In this document: piece after piece, positions 42,050 through 52,549 of the stretch
How the letters are laid out: each line of letters opens with the position of its first letter
How positions within the stretch are numbered: position 1 is the first letter of the stretch
DNA from: an uncultured Planctomycetota bacterium
GTDB lineage: Bacteria; Planctomycetota; Planctomycetia; Isosphaerales; Isosphaeraceae
Direction of reading: 5' to 3'
DNA length: 64,000 nucleotides
Assembly (NCBI GenBank): GCA_963845755.1
Contig: CAWJTV010000024.1
Location: 32,001 to 96,000, forward strand
The notes under the pieces: generated by a model
Told to the model about the DNA's origin: nothing
The model's input: the letters and a program-made list of their open reading frames with translations, nothing else
Database searches by the model: none
Made by a program: the position numbers and the translations under genes

Positions 42050-44406
42050 ATGGACACCCTCGACAGGCCCGACTCGAACCTCCCGGCTCGATATTCCGCG
42101 AATTCATTCCGGGTGCCGGCGCCGATTGCGATGCCCCCACGCGATCTGGCAACCACATCGATGCCCCAGCTCACCCCCCGACTCATCCTGCGTGGACTGA
42201 ACCGTCACTGGTGGCGGATTCTCTTGCTCTGGCTGGTGGTGTCCACTCCCCTGGCTTATCTGATCTACGTGGTCGTCGAGCCGACCTATGAGGCATTCAG
42301 CTTGCTCCAGATCGAACCGACAACGGAACGGCTCTTCCAGCTCTCCGCGCAAAGCTTCGCGGAAGGACGGGCTTACGAGCCTTACTTGCAGACGCAAGTG
42401 CAACTGATCACCAGCGATGTAGTGCTCGACCAGGCCCTCTCCCGGGACGCCCGGATCGCCAAGCTCCCGATGATCGAGGAGTCGGATGACCCGAAGGCCG
42501 ACCTTCGCAAGCAGATGGACGTCGGGATCGTGAACAAGAACACCTACCTGATCCGGGTCGCCCTGGCCTCCGGGAATCCCGAAGAGGCGGCCTTGATCGT
42601 CAACGCGGTGGTCAACGCCTACATGGATCAGCATACCGAGTATCACCGGTCCGCCAACAAGGCGCAACACAAAAGCTTGACCGAGGAGCTCGAAAAGCTG
42701 GCCAAGGAGATCCTCGGGAAGAAGAACGAGCTGAGGGCCCTGGTCGATAAGGGTCACGCCCAATTCGCGCCCGACAACCTGAAGATGAATCCGACGAAGG
42801 GCGATGATTCCGGGGCCCGGACGCTACTCCCAACCGTCACGGAAGAGCAGTTCACCCAGACGTCCAACACGCTGCTCCAGATCGAGATGAAGCTGCTGGA
42901 AGAAAAGGCGCATCTCAAGGCGGCCGAGGCCGAACTCGAGAGGGTCAACCTGGAGATGACCGAGAGCCGGACCCAGGAATCTGCCGGGGAGCTCTCGGCT
43001 CGAGTCGAGGAAGAGTTCCTGAGGGATCCCGAAGTGGACGCCCTGGCCGGTCGGATCAGGGACGCACAGAAGGAACTGGACAAGGTCAAGTCGCTGTTAC
43101 GGCGGCCCGGCGACCCGCGCGGGTCGTGGCCGAGAACGCGGTGCGGGAACTGAGAGAAGAGTGGGCCACGGCCTGGGAGCAGAAAAGCGAGAAGATCGAG
43201 AGGATGCTGCTGGCCGACGACGACCGGCGCATGCAGCCGGAATTATGGAAGAACAAGATCGTCGATATCAAGGTCGAGATCGAGAAGTTGAAGGAGCAGA
43301 AGGTCACTCTGGGCGAACGGCTCGAGAACTTGAAGGTCGATACCAAGGCCCAGAACAACGGCACCCTCGCCGCGGGGATGGTGAACCAGGAGCTGTCGAG
43401 CTTGCTGAAGATGCAGGAGATCATCAACCAGAAGCTCGAGCAACTGAATTTCGAGACCAAGCAGGACGTATATCGCATCTCTCAGCACGACCGTGCGGGA
43501 GTGCCGAAGGTCGCCTCGAACAACAAGCGGCTCAAATACATGGCCGCCGCGCCCGTGGGCATCCTGTTCCTGCTGCTCGGGGTGTTCCTGCTCGTGGAAG
43601 TCAAGGCGGAGCGGGTCGCCGATCCGGATGCCTTGTCCATGCGGACGCAGTCGGAGGTCTATGCGCTGCCGCCGCTGCCGACGGCCCGGTCGATCCGCAA
43701 ACGGAGCTCCCTGCAGGCGGACGACCAGATCGAGCAATTCATCCAGCGGCTCGACCACCTGCGGTTCGCGGTCTGCGGCAACCCGGCGGACCTGGAGAAG
43801 GGGCGCTGCGTGCTGATCACCAGCGCCATCGGCCGCGAGGGCAAGACGACGCTGGCCGCCCAGTTGGCGGCGCGGTGCGGCAACGCGGGGATGTCGACCC
43901 TGCTGATCGATGCCGACTTGCGCCGGACCGGACTCTGCTCGCTCCTCGACGTCGTCGAGGGCCCCGGCCTCAGCGACGCGCTGATGCAGGACGATCCCCC
44001 CGCCACGGATCTGGTCATCCCCGTCCAGGGGGGGACGTTCCACCTGCTCCCCGCCGGCACGCCGACCGCAGATGCCAGCCGCCTGCTCCAGAATCGGAAG
44101 CTCGGCATGCTCGTGACCCAGTTTCGCCAGATTTACGACCTGGTCATCATCGATTCCCCCCCGGTCCTCCCGGTCCCTGATGCCTTGATCCTCGGACGAT
44201 GGGCCGACGGCGCGGTGCTCGCCGTACGGTACGACATCAGCCGGTTCCCCCAGGTCGAGCGAGCCCGCCGTCAGCTCGACGGCGCGGGCATTTGCGTGCT
44301 CGGGACTGTGATCAACGGCATGCGGAACTCCGACTCGTACTATGGTGGTTATAGCTACAGCAGACGTCCGACGACTCCCCAACCGGATTCCACCGCCGCG
44401 ATCTAG
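42050..44406 (+). CDS. Wzc/GumC-like polysaccharide co-polymerase with BY-kinase domain, frameshift at about 43120
   Basis: N-terminal TM, YLQTQVQLITS, coiled coil, second TM, Walker A SAIGREGKTT, LLIDADLR, IIDSPP, Tyr cluster SYYGGYSY. Confidence 0.9.
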
Positions 44407-44580
44407 AATACCGTTAGAATGCCGATCCCTTGTCGTCGCGACCGGGCCGAGCCCGGGGCGAGGGTCGAGCCCTCGGGCGACTGCGGCACCGCCCGGAGTG
44501 TTGAACGTCCTCGATCGCGGCCGGCGCGGATCTCCGCAGCAGGCCGTTGCCTTGATTGTTGGTTGAACTGATTGGCCACA

Positions 44581-44653
44581 CTCTCCCCTTGGGGGGGGAA
44601 CTAGAGGGGGAGTCACCCCCACCCCAACCCTCCCCATCCCGTAAGGAGGGGAG
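44581..44653. repeat. REP-like G/C-tract palindromic element
   Basis: CTCTCCCCTTGGGGGGGGAACTAGAGGGGG...CCCCACCCCAACCCTCCCC...GGAGGGGAG in the wzc-exosortase spacer. Confidence 0.45.
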
Positions 44654-44868
44654 TCACTATTATCCCCCTGGTGGATGCACAGACAGGTGCAACCCATAGG
44701 GACGGAGTCCGCGCCGTGGCCGAGCCGAATCAGGCGACTCATCCACGAGACAGTGGCCGGGCACCGGCCGTTTCCGACGGAGACGCGCCGGCCCAGGAAG
44801 GTCGAAGCCGACCACAATCAATGATGAAGACCCCTGGCGCTGAATTGTCGAGGATGGGAGCCGACGAG

Positions 44869-45957
44869 ATGATCACGACCAATCCCAGCGGGGCGCTGGT
44901 AACTTCGAACTCGGATGGACCGTCCACCACCTGGGATGACCCGCAATCGCGGGCCTGGTGGTGGGCGTTGGGAATCGTGACGCTGGCGCTGGCCTGCTCC
45001 TATGCGCCCAACTTGCATTACCTGTACCGAACCTGGTCCGACGACCCGAACTATTCGCACGGATACCTGGTCGTCCCGATTGCCCTGTTCATTCTGTGGC
45101 GGCGGCTCAACGAGACGCCTTGGGAACGGCCTCGAGCCGTCATCCGGGCGCCATGGTGGGGCTGGGTTTCCCTGGCGATCCTCATCGCGATCCGATGCCT
45201 GGTCTATGAGCGCGGCTACCGATGGGTGGAAACGGCCACCCTCCTGCCTGTGATCGCCTGCCTGACCTGGACCTTCGGCGGCGGGTCGCTCCTGCTCCGG
45301 ACCTGGCCCGCCATCGGCTTCCTGGCCTTCATGCTCCCCCTGCCGCAGTCCGTCAACGAACTCGTCGCGCTGCCGCTGCAGCGGATCGCCGCAACGGGGA
45401 GTCATTTCCTGCTCCAGCTCTCGGGGTTCTGGGTGATCCAGCAAGGGAACGTCCTGCACCTGAAAACGAAGTTCGACATGCGGCCACTCGATGTGGCGCT
45501 GGCCTGCAACGGCCTGAGAATGCTGATGACCCTGGCCACCACGGTCACGGCGACGGTCTTGCTGATCCCCCTGCCCACCTGGAAGCGAATCGTCCTGCTG
45601 GCCAGCGCCATCCCGATCGCCCTGGTCAGCAACACCGTCCGGATCGTAGCGACCGGGTGGTGCTACTACTATCTCGAGGGGGATCGGGCCACGGAGTGGG
45701 CACACGACATCTCGGGCTGGTTGATGATGCCCCTGGCGCTGATCCTGGTCGGGCTGGAGTTGCAACTCCTGGCGTGGCTGATCCCCGAGAAGGACGAGGA
45801 TGAAGAGGTGATCCACCCCGCCTTCGTCTCCATGAAGAAGCCGAGCGTTGAGAAACCGGCCCCCGGCCCCGGCGCGGGGAGCAAGCGCGGCTGGTTTTGG
45901 ATTGGCAAGGACTCGAGCAAGAAGCCGAGTAATCAGGATCTGAGCGATCTGCCCTGA
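44869..45957 (+). CDS. Exosortase / archaeosortase-family protein
   Basis: YSHGYLV, FMLPLP, PLQ, GNVL, VALACNGLR (Cys), NTVRI (Arg), AHD (His). Confidence 0.92.
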   Translation: MITTNPSGALVTSNSDGPSTTWDDPQSRAWWWALGIVTLALACSYAPNLHYLYRTWSDDPNYSHGYLVVPIALFILWRRLNETPWERPRAVIRAPWWGWVSLAILIAIRCLVYERGYRWVETATLLPVIACLTWTFGGGSLLLRTWPAIGFLAFMLPLPQSVNELVALPLQRIAATGSHFLLQLSGFWVIQQGNVLHLKTKFDMRPLDVALACNGLRMLMTLATTVTATVLLIPLPTWKRIVLLASAIPIALVSNTVRIVATGWCYYYLEGDRATEWAHDISGWLMMPLALILVGLELQLLAWLIPEKDEDEEVIHPAFVSMKKPSVEKPAPGPGAGSKRGWFWIGKDSSKKPSNQDLSDLP

Positions 45958-46080
45958 GCCTCGGCTTTCCGGCAACCGGCCCACCTGCCGTGCCACCGAT
46001 CCTCGCCCCGTTTGCGGGGTGCGCAACTTGCCATCGGGCCGCGCGGTGGGGCGGCCGGTCCCCGAGAGTTGGAATCCTCG

Positions 46081-47052
46081 ATGATCATTTCCCAGACGCC
46101 GTTTCGCGTGAGCTTCGCCGGCGGCGGCACCGACTTGCCTGCCTTCTACCGGCGGGAGTACGGGGCCGTCCTGAGCACGACGATCGATCAGCACATCTAC
46201 GTGACGATCCACCGGCGGTTCGAACCGACCATTCGTGTCAGCTACTCTCGTACGGAGACCGCATCCACTCTCGATGAGGTCCAGCACGAACTGGTCCGCG
46301 AGGCCATGCGGCTGACGGAGATCGACGAGTCCCTGGAAATCACGACCATCGGCGATGTCCCCGCGGGGACCGGGATGGGTTCCAGCAGCAGCTTGACCGT
46401 CGGCCTGCTCGCGGCACTGCATGGTTACCGGCATGAGGTGGTCGGCCCTCGGGTCCTGGCCGAACAGGCGTGCCGGATCGAGATCGATATCCTGAACAAG
46501 CCGATCGGCCGCCAGGACCAGTACGCCGCGGCCTACGGCGGGCTGAACTATCTCCGATTCAACCCGGACGACTCCGTTGACGTCCAGCCGGTTCCCTGGC
46601 GGGCCGAAACGCGGACGGAGCTGGAACGGCGGACTTTGCTGGTCTATACCGGCGAGACGCGGGACGCCAACGTGATCCTGGAGCGGCAATCCGTGGCGAC
46701 CGCGGACCGCATGGACGTGCTCCGCTCGATGCGGGACCTGGCCGAGGGGATGCGGCACGCCCTGACCGAGGACGACCTCGACCGATTCGCGGAATTGCTC
46801 CACGAGGGATGGGTGCTGAAACGGTCGCTCGGCTGCGGGATCAGCAACAGCCGGATCGACGAATGGTACGAGGCGGCGCGGCGGTCCGGCGCCATCGGGG
46901 GCAAACTGCTGGGGGCCGGTGGCGGCGGATTCCTGCTCCTCATCGCCCCGCCCTGGCGACATCGAGCCATCCGGGAAGCCCTGGGACGGCCCCGCGAGTT
47001 GCCGTTCCGGATCGCCCGCCACGGCAGCCGGAACATCTTCATCCAGAACTAG
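46081..47052 (+). CDS. GHMP kinase, HddA-like heptose-7-phosphate kinase (copy 1)
   Basis: TPFRVSFAGGGTD, PAGTGMGSSS, IGRQDQY, GGKLLGAGGGGF. Confidence 0.88.
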   Translation: MIISQTPFRVSFAGGGTDLPAFYRREYGAVLSTTIDQHIYVTIHRRFEPTIRVSYSRTETASTLDEVQHELVREAMRLTEIDESLEITTIGDVPAGTGMGSSSSLTVGLLAALHGYRHEVVGPRVLAEQACRIEIDILNKPIGRQDQYAAAYGGLNYLRFNPDDSVDVQPVPWRAETRTELERRTLLVYTGETRDANVILERQSVATADRMDVLRSMRDLAEGMRHALTEDDLDRFAELLHEGWVLKRSLGCGISNSRIDEWYEAARRSGAIGGKLLGAGGGGFLLLIAPPWRHRAIREALGRPRELPFRIARHGSRNIFIQN

Positions 47053-47095
47053 CCGGCCGACACCGGGCATCGGCGGACAACGAGCCAGATCCATA

Positions 47096-47824
47096 ATGCA
47101 TAATCGTCTAAAACAGATAATTAAATCCGGATTCGATAAGCTTGGTCTGAAAGTGACCAGGACCTTGAATCTGCCCGTCGGGGTCGATCTCTGTCTCGAT
47201 CTCCGGCGGAGCCTGCCGCATGGTCGTCTCAAGACGATTTTTGATGTGGGTGCAAACATCGGACAGACGGCACGAACGTTCTCGAGGTCCTTCCCCGGGG
47301 CGAGGATCTTCTCATTCGAGCCGTGTGAGGTGACCTACAGGCAACTCGCGGCCAGTACCAGGAGTCTACACAATGTCCGATGCATTCAATCGGCACTGGG
47401 AGTGACCGATGAAACCCGGCGACTCTACCACCAGAAGGACTCCCAATGGAACTCGCTGGCCGAGGGAGTGAATCAGGTGACAGAGGTCGGGTCGTACGAG
47501 GACGTAGCAGTCACATCAATCGACGACTTCTGCATACGCGAGGGGATCGGGGAGATCGACCTCGTGAAGACGGATACCGAGGGATTTGACCTCGAGGTCA
47601 TTCGCGGTGCCGCGGGGATCCTGAGGAGCGATCGGGTCCTGTTCGTTTACAGTGAAGTCACCTTCAATGAGTCCGATACCAAGCACACCAACTTCTTCCA
47701 GTTGTCGGAATTGCTCGGGGATTACCGCTTCCAGTTCGTCTCCTTGTACGATCAGTTCACTCGTCCCAACCTGATGGGGAGCACTTACGCCAATGCCCTG
47801 TTCGTCAATCCGACGGCGCTGTAA
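47096..47824 (+). CDS. FkbM-family methyltransferase
   Basis: FDVGANIG, FSFEP, IDLVKTDTEGFDLEVIRGA. Confidence 0.9.
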   Translation: MHNRLKQIIKSGFDKLGLKVTRTLNLPVGVDLCLDLRRSLPHGRLKTIFDVGANIGQTARTFSRSFPGARIFSFEPCEVTYRQLAASTRSLHNVRCIQSALGVTDETRRLYHQKDSQWNSLAEGVNQVTEVGSYEDVAVTSIDDFCIREGIGEIDLVKTDTEGFDLEVIRGAAGILRSDRVLFVYSEVTFNESDTKHTNFFQLSELLGDYRFQFVSLYDQFTRPNLMGSTYANALFVNPTAL

Positions 47825-48028
47825 GTGGGCGAGATGGACCCGCGACGCTCACCCCGAGGCCCGCTCGCTATCCGTTACCGAACCAAGGAAATGGGAGGGG
47901 AGGATCGGCCCTTTCACCTCTCGCGGAGGTGGACTCCGGACCGGGTTTGCGAACGTGGCTCATTCCAGAATGGCCGGATACGAGCGCAACACTCGGGATT
48001 TGCACACACGGGAAACTCGGAAGCATCG

Positions 48029-49108
48029 ATGAGTCACTCTCCTTTGAAGGTCTTCACGGATAGGGCCTACCTCCCCGAGGAGCTGAAACACTGCCTGATG
48101 CTGATTCCCTTCTGGGGAGATCACCACGCTCATGATGGCTTTGCCCGGCTGGAACGAGAGGGAAAGGAGTTCGTGCAGTTAGTCGCCCCGGAAGACGCCG
48201 AAGTCGCCCTGCTCCCGTTCGATGGCAGTCACTTGCTCAAATTTCGCGGCGGTCCCAACCCGCGGGCGGTTGAACTCGCGGCCCAGTTTGTCGAGCGAGC
48301 CAGGACGGCGGGCCTCCGGACGATCATCATGGTCAATAGCGACTCGACCGCGGCGATCCCGTTGCCCGACGTGATCGTCTTCCGAACATCCCTCAATCGC
48401 AGAACGCGTGCGCCCCATGAGTTCGCGTTGCCCGCCTGGCACGAAGACCTGGTGGTGAACCACCTGGGCGGCCAGATCACCCGCAAGGAGCGGCCCGAGG
48501 TACCGAGCGTGGGCTTCTGCGGACTCGCGGCGACGACCAACCCTCGTCTCAAACGCCGATTGAAGATGGTGATTCACCAGTTGGCCCGAGCCGCGGGTTT
48601 CTACATCGACCATAACGATGGGATCTACCTGCGACGGAACGCCATGGACGCCTTGTCCGGTCATCCCGCGGTCCGGACTCGGTTTATCACCCGATCGGAT
48701 TGCTTCCTCGGGGTGGCCGAGACTCCCGAGACGATCGCACGGATGCGACGCGAATATGTCGATAATTTGATCGACAGCGACTACGCGCTTTGCCTGAGGG
48801 GCTATGGCAACTTCTCCTTCCGGTTTTTCGAGGCCATGTCCGTCGGTTCCATCCCGGCCCTCGTCAACACCGAGTGCGTCCTCCCCTATGACTTCATGCA
48901 CGATTACCGGGAGTATTGCGTCATGGTGCCGGAAGACCGGCTCCGTGGAATGGGGCAAGCCATCAGGGAGTTCCATGCTCGTGTCTCGCCCGAGGGCTAC
49001 CTGGAACTCCGGCAGCGAATCCGCGAGTTTTGGGTCCAGTGGTTGTCTCCCGAGGGGTTCTTCCGAAACATCCCGCTGCACTGGAGGCATCGGTCTCCGA
49101 TCGTTTGA
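48029..49108 (+). CDS. Exostosin-like (GT47) glycosyltransferase
   Basis: VGFCG; SDYALCLRGYGNFSFRFFEAMSVGSIP. Confidence 0.75.
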   Translation: MSHSPLKVFTDRAYLPEELKHCLMLIPFWGDHHAHDGFARLEREGKEFVQLVAPEDAEVALLPFDGSHLLKFRGGPNPRAVELAAQFVERARTAGLRTIIMVNSDSTAAIPLPDVIVFRTSLNRRTRAPHEFALPAWHEDLVVNHLGGQITRKERPEVPSVGFCGLAATTNPRLKRRLKMVIHQLARAAGFYIDHNDGIYLRRNAMDALSGHPAVRTRFITRSDCFLGVAETPETIARMRREYVDNLIDSDYALCLRGYGNFSFRFFEAMSVGSIPALVNTECVLPYDFMHDYREYCVMVPEDRLRGMGQAIREFHARVSPEGYLELRQRIREFWVQWLSPEGFFRNIPLHWRHRSPIV

Positions 49109-49152
49109 GATGCGAGGGCAATGGATGTTTTTTCACCCAGAAGGGCCCGGTG

Positions 49153-50451
49153 ATGGCGGCTGGAGTTAAGGCTTTGCTCCTGGCGGGCGGCCTGGGGACC
49201 CGGCTCCGTCCCCTGACCGACACCATCCCCAAGTGCCTGGTCCCGATCGTCGGTCGTTCCCTGCTGGATTACTGGATCGAGCGTCTGACCGAGGCGGGAA
49301 TCGCCGAGGCGCGGATCAACACGCACGCCCACGCCGAACGGGTGCGGGAATTCATCGGCTCGGTCAACGCCGAGGAGCGGGTCCGCCTGGTGGAATCGCA
49401 TGAGGCCGAGCTACTGGGCTCGGCTGGCACGATCGCCGCCAATGCCGATCTGGCCGACGACGTCGGTGATGTCGTCATCATCTATGCCGACAATCTCAGC
49501 GACGTCGACCTGCGGCCCCTGCTCGCGTTCCATCGGCGGCATGGCGACCCGATGACGATGATGTTGTTCCGGGCACCCAACCCGCGAGCCTGCGGAATCG
49601 CCGAGCTGGACGCACAAGGCCGGGTCGTGTCGTTCGTCGAAAAGCCGGATCGGCCCGCGAGCGACCTGGCCAACGCGGGGTTGTACGTGGTGAACGCGGC
49701 GGCCTACCGGGAGATCGCCGCGATGCGGGCGTTCGACGTGGGGTTCGACGTGCTCCCCCGGTTCGTGGGACGGATGCGAGGCTGGCTCTGGGGGGGTTAC
49801 CACCGGGACATCGGGACACTCGAAGCCCTGGAAGCCGCCCATCGCGACGCGCGAACTGTCTTCCCCGATCGGCCCGCATCCGGGCGAAACGGGACTCGGC
49901 CGGCCGTTTTTCTCGACCGCGATGGGACCCTGATCGAGCACGTACACTACCTGTCCGACCCGGCGCGGGTGCGTCTCCTGCCCGGCGCGGCCGAAGCCCT
50001 GAGACGGCTCCGCCAGGCCGGCTTCGCCCGGGTCCTGGTGACCAACCAGTCGGCCATCGCCCGGGGGATGCTCACCGTGGAACGGCTCTCGGAAATCCAC
50101 GCCGAACTGGAGCGGCAGCTCGCGGAATCCGGCGCGTCGATGGACGCCATCTACTACTGCCCGGCCGCGCCCGCCGGCGATGACCGGACCGTGGTGGAAT
50201 GCCCGGACCGCAAGCCGGGGCCCGGCATGCTGCTCACCGCTTCGGCTGAGATGGGGCTCGATCTGGCGGCCTCGTGGATGGTCGGCGACCTGATCAGCGA
50301 CGTACTCGCCGGGCTCAACGCCGGATGTCAGAGCATCCTGGTCCGGTCGGGCCAGACCGCCCCATCCGAGGTCGCCACCGCGACCGCGGACGGACGGACG
50401 CTCGTTGCCGCCGATCTGGCAGCCTCGGTCGATCTGATCCTCGGGCAGTAG
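49153..50451 (+). CDS. Nucleotidyltransferase (HddC-like) fused to GmhB-like HAD-IIIA phosphatase
   Basis: LAGGLGTRLRPLT..PK, FVEKP, DIGT; then FLDRDGTL, VTNQS, YYCP, RKPGPGM, MVGD. Confidence 0.88.
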   Translation: MAAGVKALLLAGGLGTRLRPLTDTIPKCLVPIVGRSLLDYWIERLTEAGIAEARINTHAHAERVREFIGSVNAEERVRLVESHEAELLGSAGTIAANADLADDVGDVVIIYADNLSDVDLRPLLAFHRRHGDPMTMMLFRAPNPRACGIAELDAQGRVVSFVEKPDRPASDLANAGLYVVNAAAYREIAAMRAFDVGFDVLPRFVGRMRGWLWGGYHRDIGTLEALEAAHRDARTVFPDRPASGRNGTRPAVFLDRDGTLIEHVHYLSDPARVRLLPGAAEALRRLRQAGFARVLVTNQSAIARGMLTVERLSEIHAELERQLAESGASMDAIYYCPAAPAGDDRTVVECPDRKPGPGMLLTASAEMGLDLAASWMVGDLISDVLAGLNAGCQSILVRSGQTAPSEVATATADGRTLVAADLAASVDLILGQ

Positions 50452-50486
50452 ACTGCCTACTGCCTACCACCTACTGCCTACTACTG
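50444..50486. repeat. Short heptamer repeat (CTGCCTA)n with an inverted copy
   Basis: GGCAGTAG then CTGCCTA CTGCCTA CCACCTA CTGCCTA. Confidence 0.75.
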
Positions 50487-50489
50487 AAA

Positions 50490-51503
50490 ATGAAAATCCT
50501 CCTGACCGGCGGCGCCGGCTATGTGGGCAGTGCCTGCCTCCGCTGGCTGCTCGCCCATGGGCACGATCCGATCGCCTACGACAGCATGTATGAAGGAAAT
50601 GTCGGGGCGGTCCCCGACGCGGCCGAACGGCTGATCCAGGGCGACATCGCCGAGACGGACCGCCTGGCGGACGTGCTGCGGCAGCACGGCATCGAAGCGG
50701 TGATGCACTTCGCGGCGCGGGCGTCCGTCCCCGAGTCGGTCGCCGATCCCGAGGCGTATTATCGCGTCAACGTGGCCGGGACCAAGAGCGTGCTGGACGC
50801 GATGCGGGCCGCTGGAGTCCGCAAGATCCTCTTCAGCAGCACGGCGGCGACCTACGGGTTCCGCGCCGAGATGCCGCTCCGCGAGGATTCGCCACAAACG
50901 CCCGAAACCCCTTACGGTACGACCAAACTGGCCGCGGAGTGGCTCATCAAGGATTATACCCGGGCCTACGGGATGGGTTACACCGCGTTGCGGTACTTCA
51001 ACGCCTCGGGGGCCGACCCCAGCGGCGATTTCGGCGAAGATCGCCGCCACGAAGCCCACCTCATTCCCCTGACCCTTCAGGTTGCCGTGGGCCGCCGGCC
51101 CAAGGTCATGATCTACGGGGACGATTATCCGACCCGGGACGGGACGTGCGTGCGCGACTATGTCCATACCTCAGACCTGGCCCAGGCGCACCAGCTCGCC
51201 GTGGAGTCCCTCGAACCGGGGATGGGCCGAGCTTACAACCTCGGCTCGGGGATCGGCGCGACCGTGCTCGAAGTCGTGCGGGCCTGCGAGGAAGTGGCGG
51301 GCCGGCCGATCGCGCACGAAGTCGTTGGCCGCCGGCCCGGCGACCCGGCCGTGCTGATCGCCAGCTCGGAGAAGATCGTGCGGGAGTTGGGCTGGTCGCC
51401 CCGCCATTCCGACATCCGCGAGATCGTCCGGACCGCCTGGGAGTGGCACCACCGCCATCCCGGCGGTTACACGGCCGGGGCGATCGGCGAGGGGGGCGCA
51501 TGA
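50490..51503 (+). CDS. galE: UDP-glucose 4-epimerase
   Basis: TGGAGYVGS, HFAA, FSSTAATYG, YGTTK, LRYFNASGA, RDYVH, RRPGDP. Confidence 0.92.
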   Translation: MKILLTGGAGYVGSACLRWLLAHGHDPIAYDSMYEGNVGAVPDAAERLIQGDIAETDRLADVLRQHGIEAVMHFAARASVPESVADPEAYYRVNVAGTKSVLDAMRAAGVRKILFSSTAATYGFRAEMPLREDSPQTPETPYGTTKLAAEWLIKDYTRAYGMGYTALRYFNASGADPSGDFGEDRRHEAHLIPLTLQVAVGRRPKVMIYGDDYPTRDGTCVRDYVHTSDLAQAHQLAVESLEPGMGRAYNLGSGIGATVLEVVRACEEVAGRPIAHEVVGRRPGDPAVLIASSEKIVRELGWSPRHSDIREIVRTAWEWHHRHPGGYTAGAIGEGGA

Positions 51504-52549
51504 AAGCCGCCTTGATCGGCACCGGTCAGATCGCCCAGCAGCACCTGGCCTGCCTGCGCTCGCTCCCGGATGTCACCCTGGCCGGGGTCTGCGACCTGTC
51601 GCGCAGCCTGGCGGAATCGGCCGCCGAGCGATATGGGATCGCCGCCTGGTTCACCGACCACCGGGCGATGCTGGACGAAATCGGGCCGGATGTCGTCCAT
51701 ATCACGACGCCGCCCCAATCCCACTTCAGCCTGGCGATGGACGCGCTGGCGGCGAGGGCTCACGTGATCGTCGAGAAGCCGATCGCCACCGCCCACGATC
51801 AGGTCGCCGTCCTGCTCCGCTCGGCCGCCGAACGGGAGCGGGTCCTGATCGAAGACTATAACTACCTCTACAACCCACCCATCCGGCGGATCCGGGAGCT
51901 GGTGCGGTCGGGCGAGCTGGGCGAGGTTGTGGACGTCGAGATATCGATCTGCGTGAATATCTTGGCCGCGGAGAGCCCGTTCGTCGATCGCAGCGTCCCG
52001 CACCCTTGCGTCTCCCTGCCGGGGGGCGCGATCGCCGATTTCTTGTCGCACCTGGCGTCGCTGGCCCACCTCTTCGTGGGGCCTCATCGAGCCGTGCGCA
52101 CCCACTGGTCGAAGCGGTCCACCGGATCCCCCCTGCCCTCCGATGAATTCCGGGCCGTCGTCGCGGCGGAGCGCGGCACCGCCTTCTTGAGCTTCAGCGC
52201 CCACGCGCAGCCCGAGATGCTCTGGGTGCGGGTCAATGGCACCCGGATGCGCGCCACAGCGGACCTGTATGACGGGAGCCTGGTCGTCAATCGGCTGGAT
52301 GACGGCCCCAGGCCGATCGCGCGGCTGCGTGATCGCCTTCGCGAGGCGCGGGACGTCCGCCGGGCCGCACGCCGCAACCTGCTCGGGAAATTCGCCGCCG
52401 GACCGGGTCCTTATGCCGGGCTGTGGGACCTGCTGGCACGGACCTACCGGGCGGTGGAGTCGGGGACCGAGCCGCCCATCTCGACACACCAGATTGCGGA
52501 AGTCAATGACCTGGTCGCCGCCTTGACGGCCGAGGAGTTTCGATTTTGA
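51500..52549 (+). CDS. Gfo/Idh/MocA-family oxidoreductase
   Basis: LIGTGQIA, TTPP.SH, VEKP. Confidence 0.88.
   Translation: MKAALIGTGQIAQQHLACLRSLPDVTLAGVCDLSRSLAESAAERYGIAAWFTDHRAMLDEIGPDVVHITTPPQSHFSLAMDALAARAHVIVEKPIATAHDQVAVLLRSAAERERVLIEDYNYLYNPPIRRIRELVRSGELGEVVDVEISICVNILAAESPFVDRSVPHPCVSLPGGAIADFLSHLASLAHLFVGPHRAVRTHWSKRSTGSPLPSDEFRAVVAAERGTAFLSFSAHAQPEMLWVRVNGTRMRATADLYDGSLVVNRLDDGPRPIARLRDRLREARDVRRAARRNLLGKFAAGPGPYAGLWDLLARTYRAVESGTEPPISTHQIAEVNDLVAALTAEEFRF

Noticed and set aside
43086..43160. Programmed frameshift or natural split of wzc
   Set aside because: There is no slippery heptamer, and the break falls mid coiled-coil before the second TM. It fits the window-wide indel pattern better.
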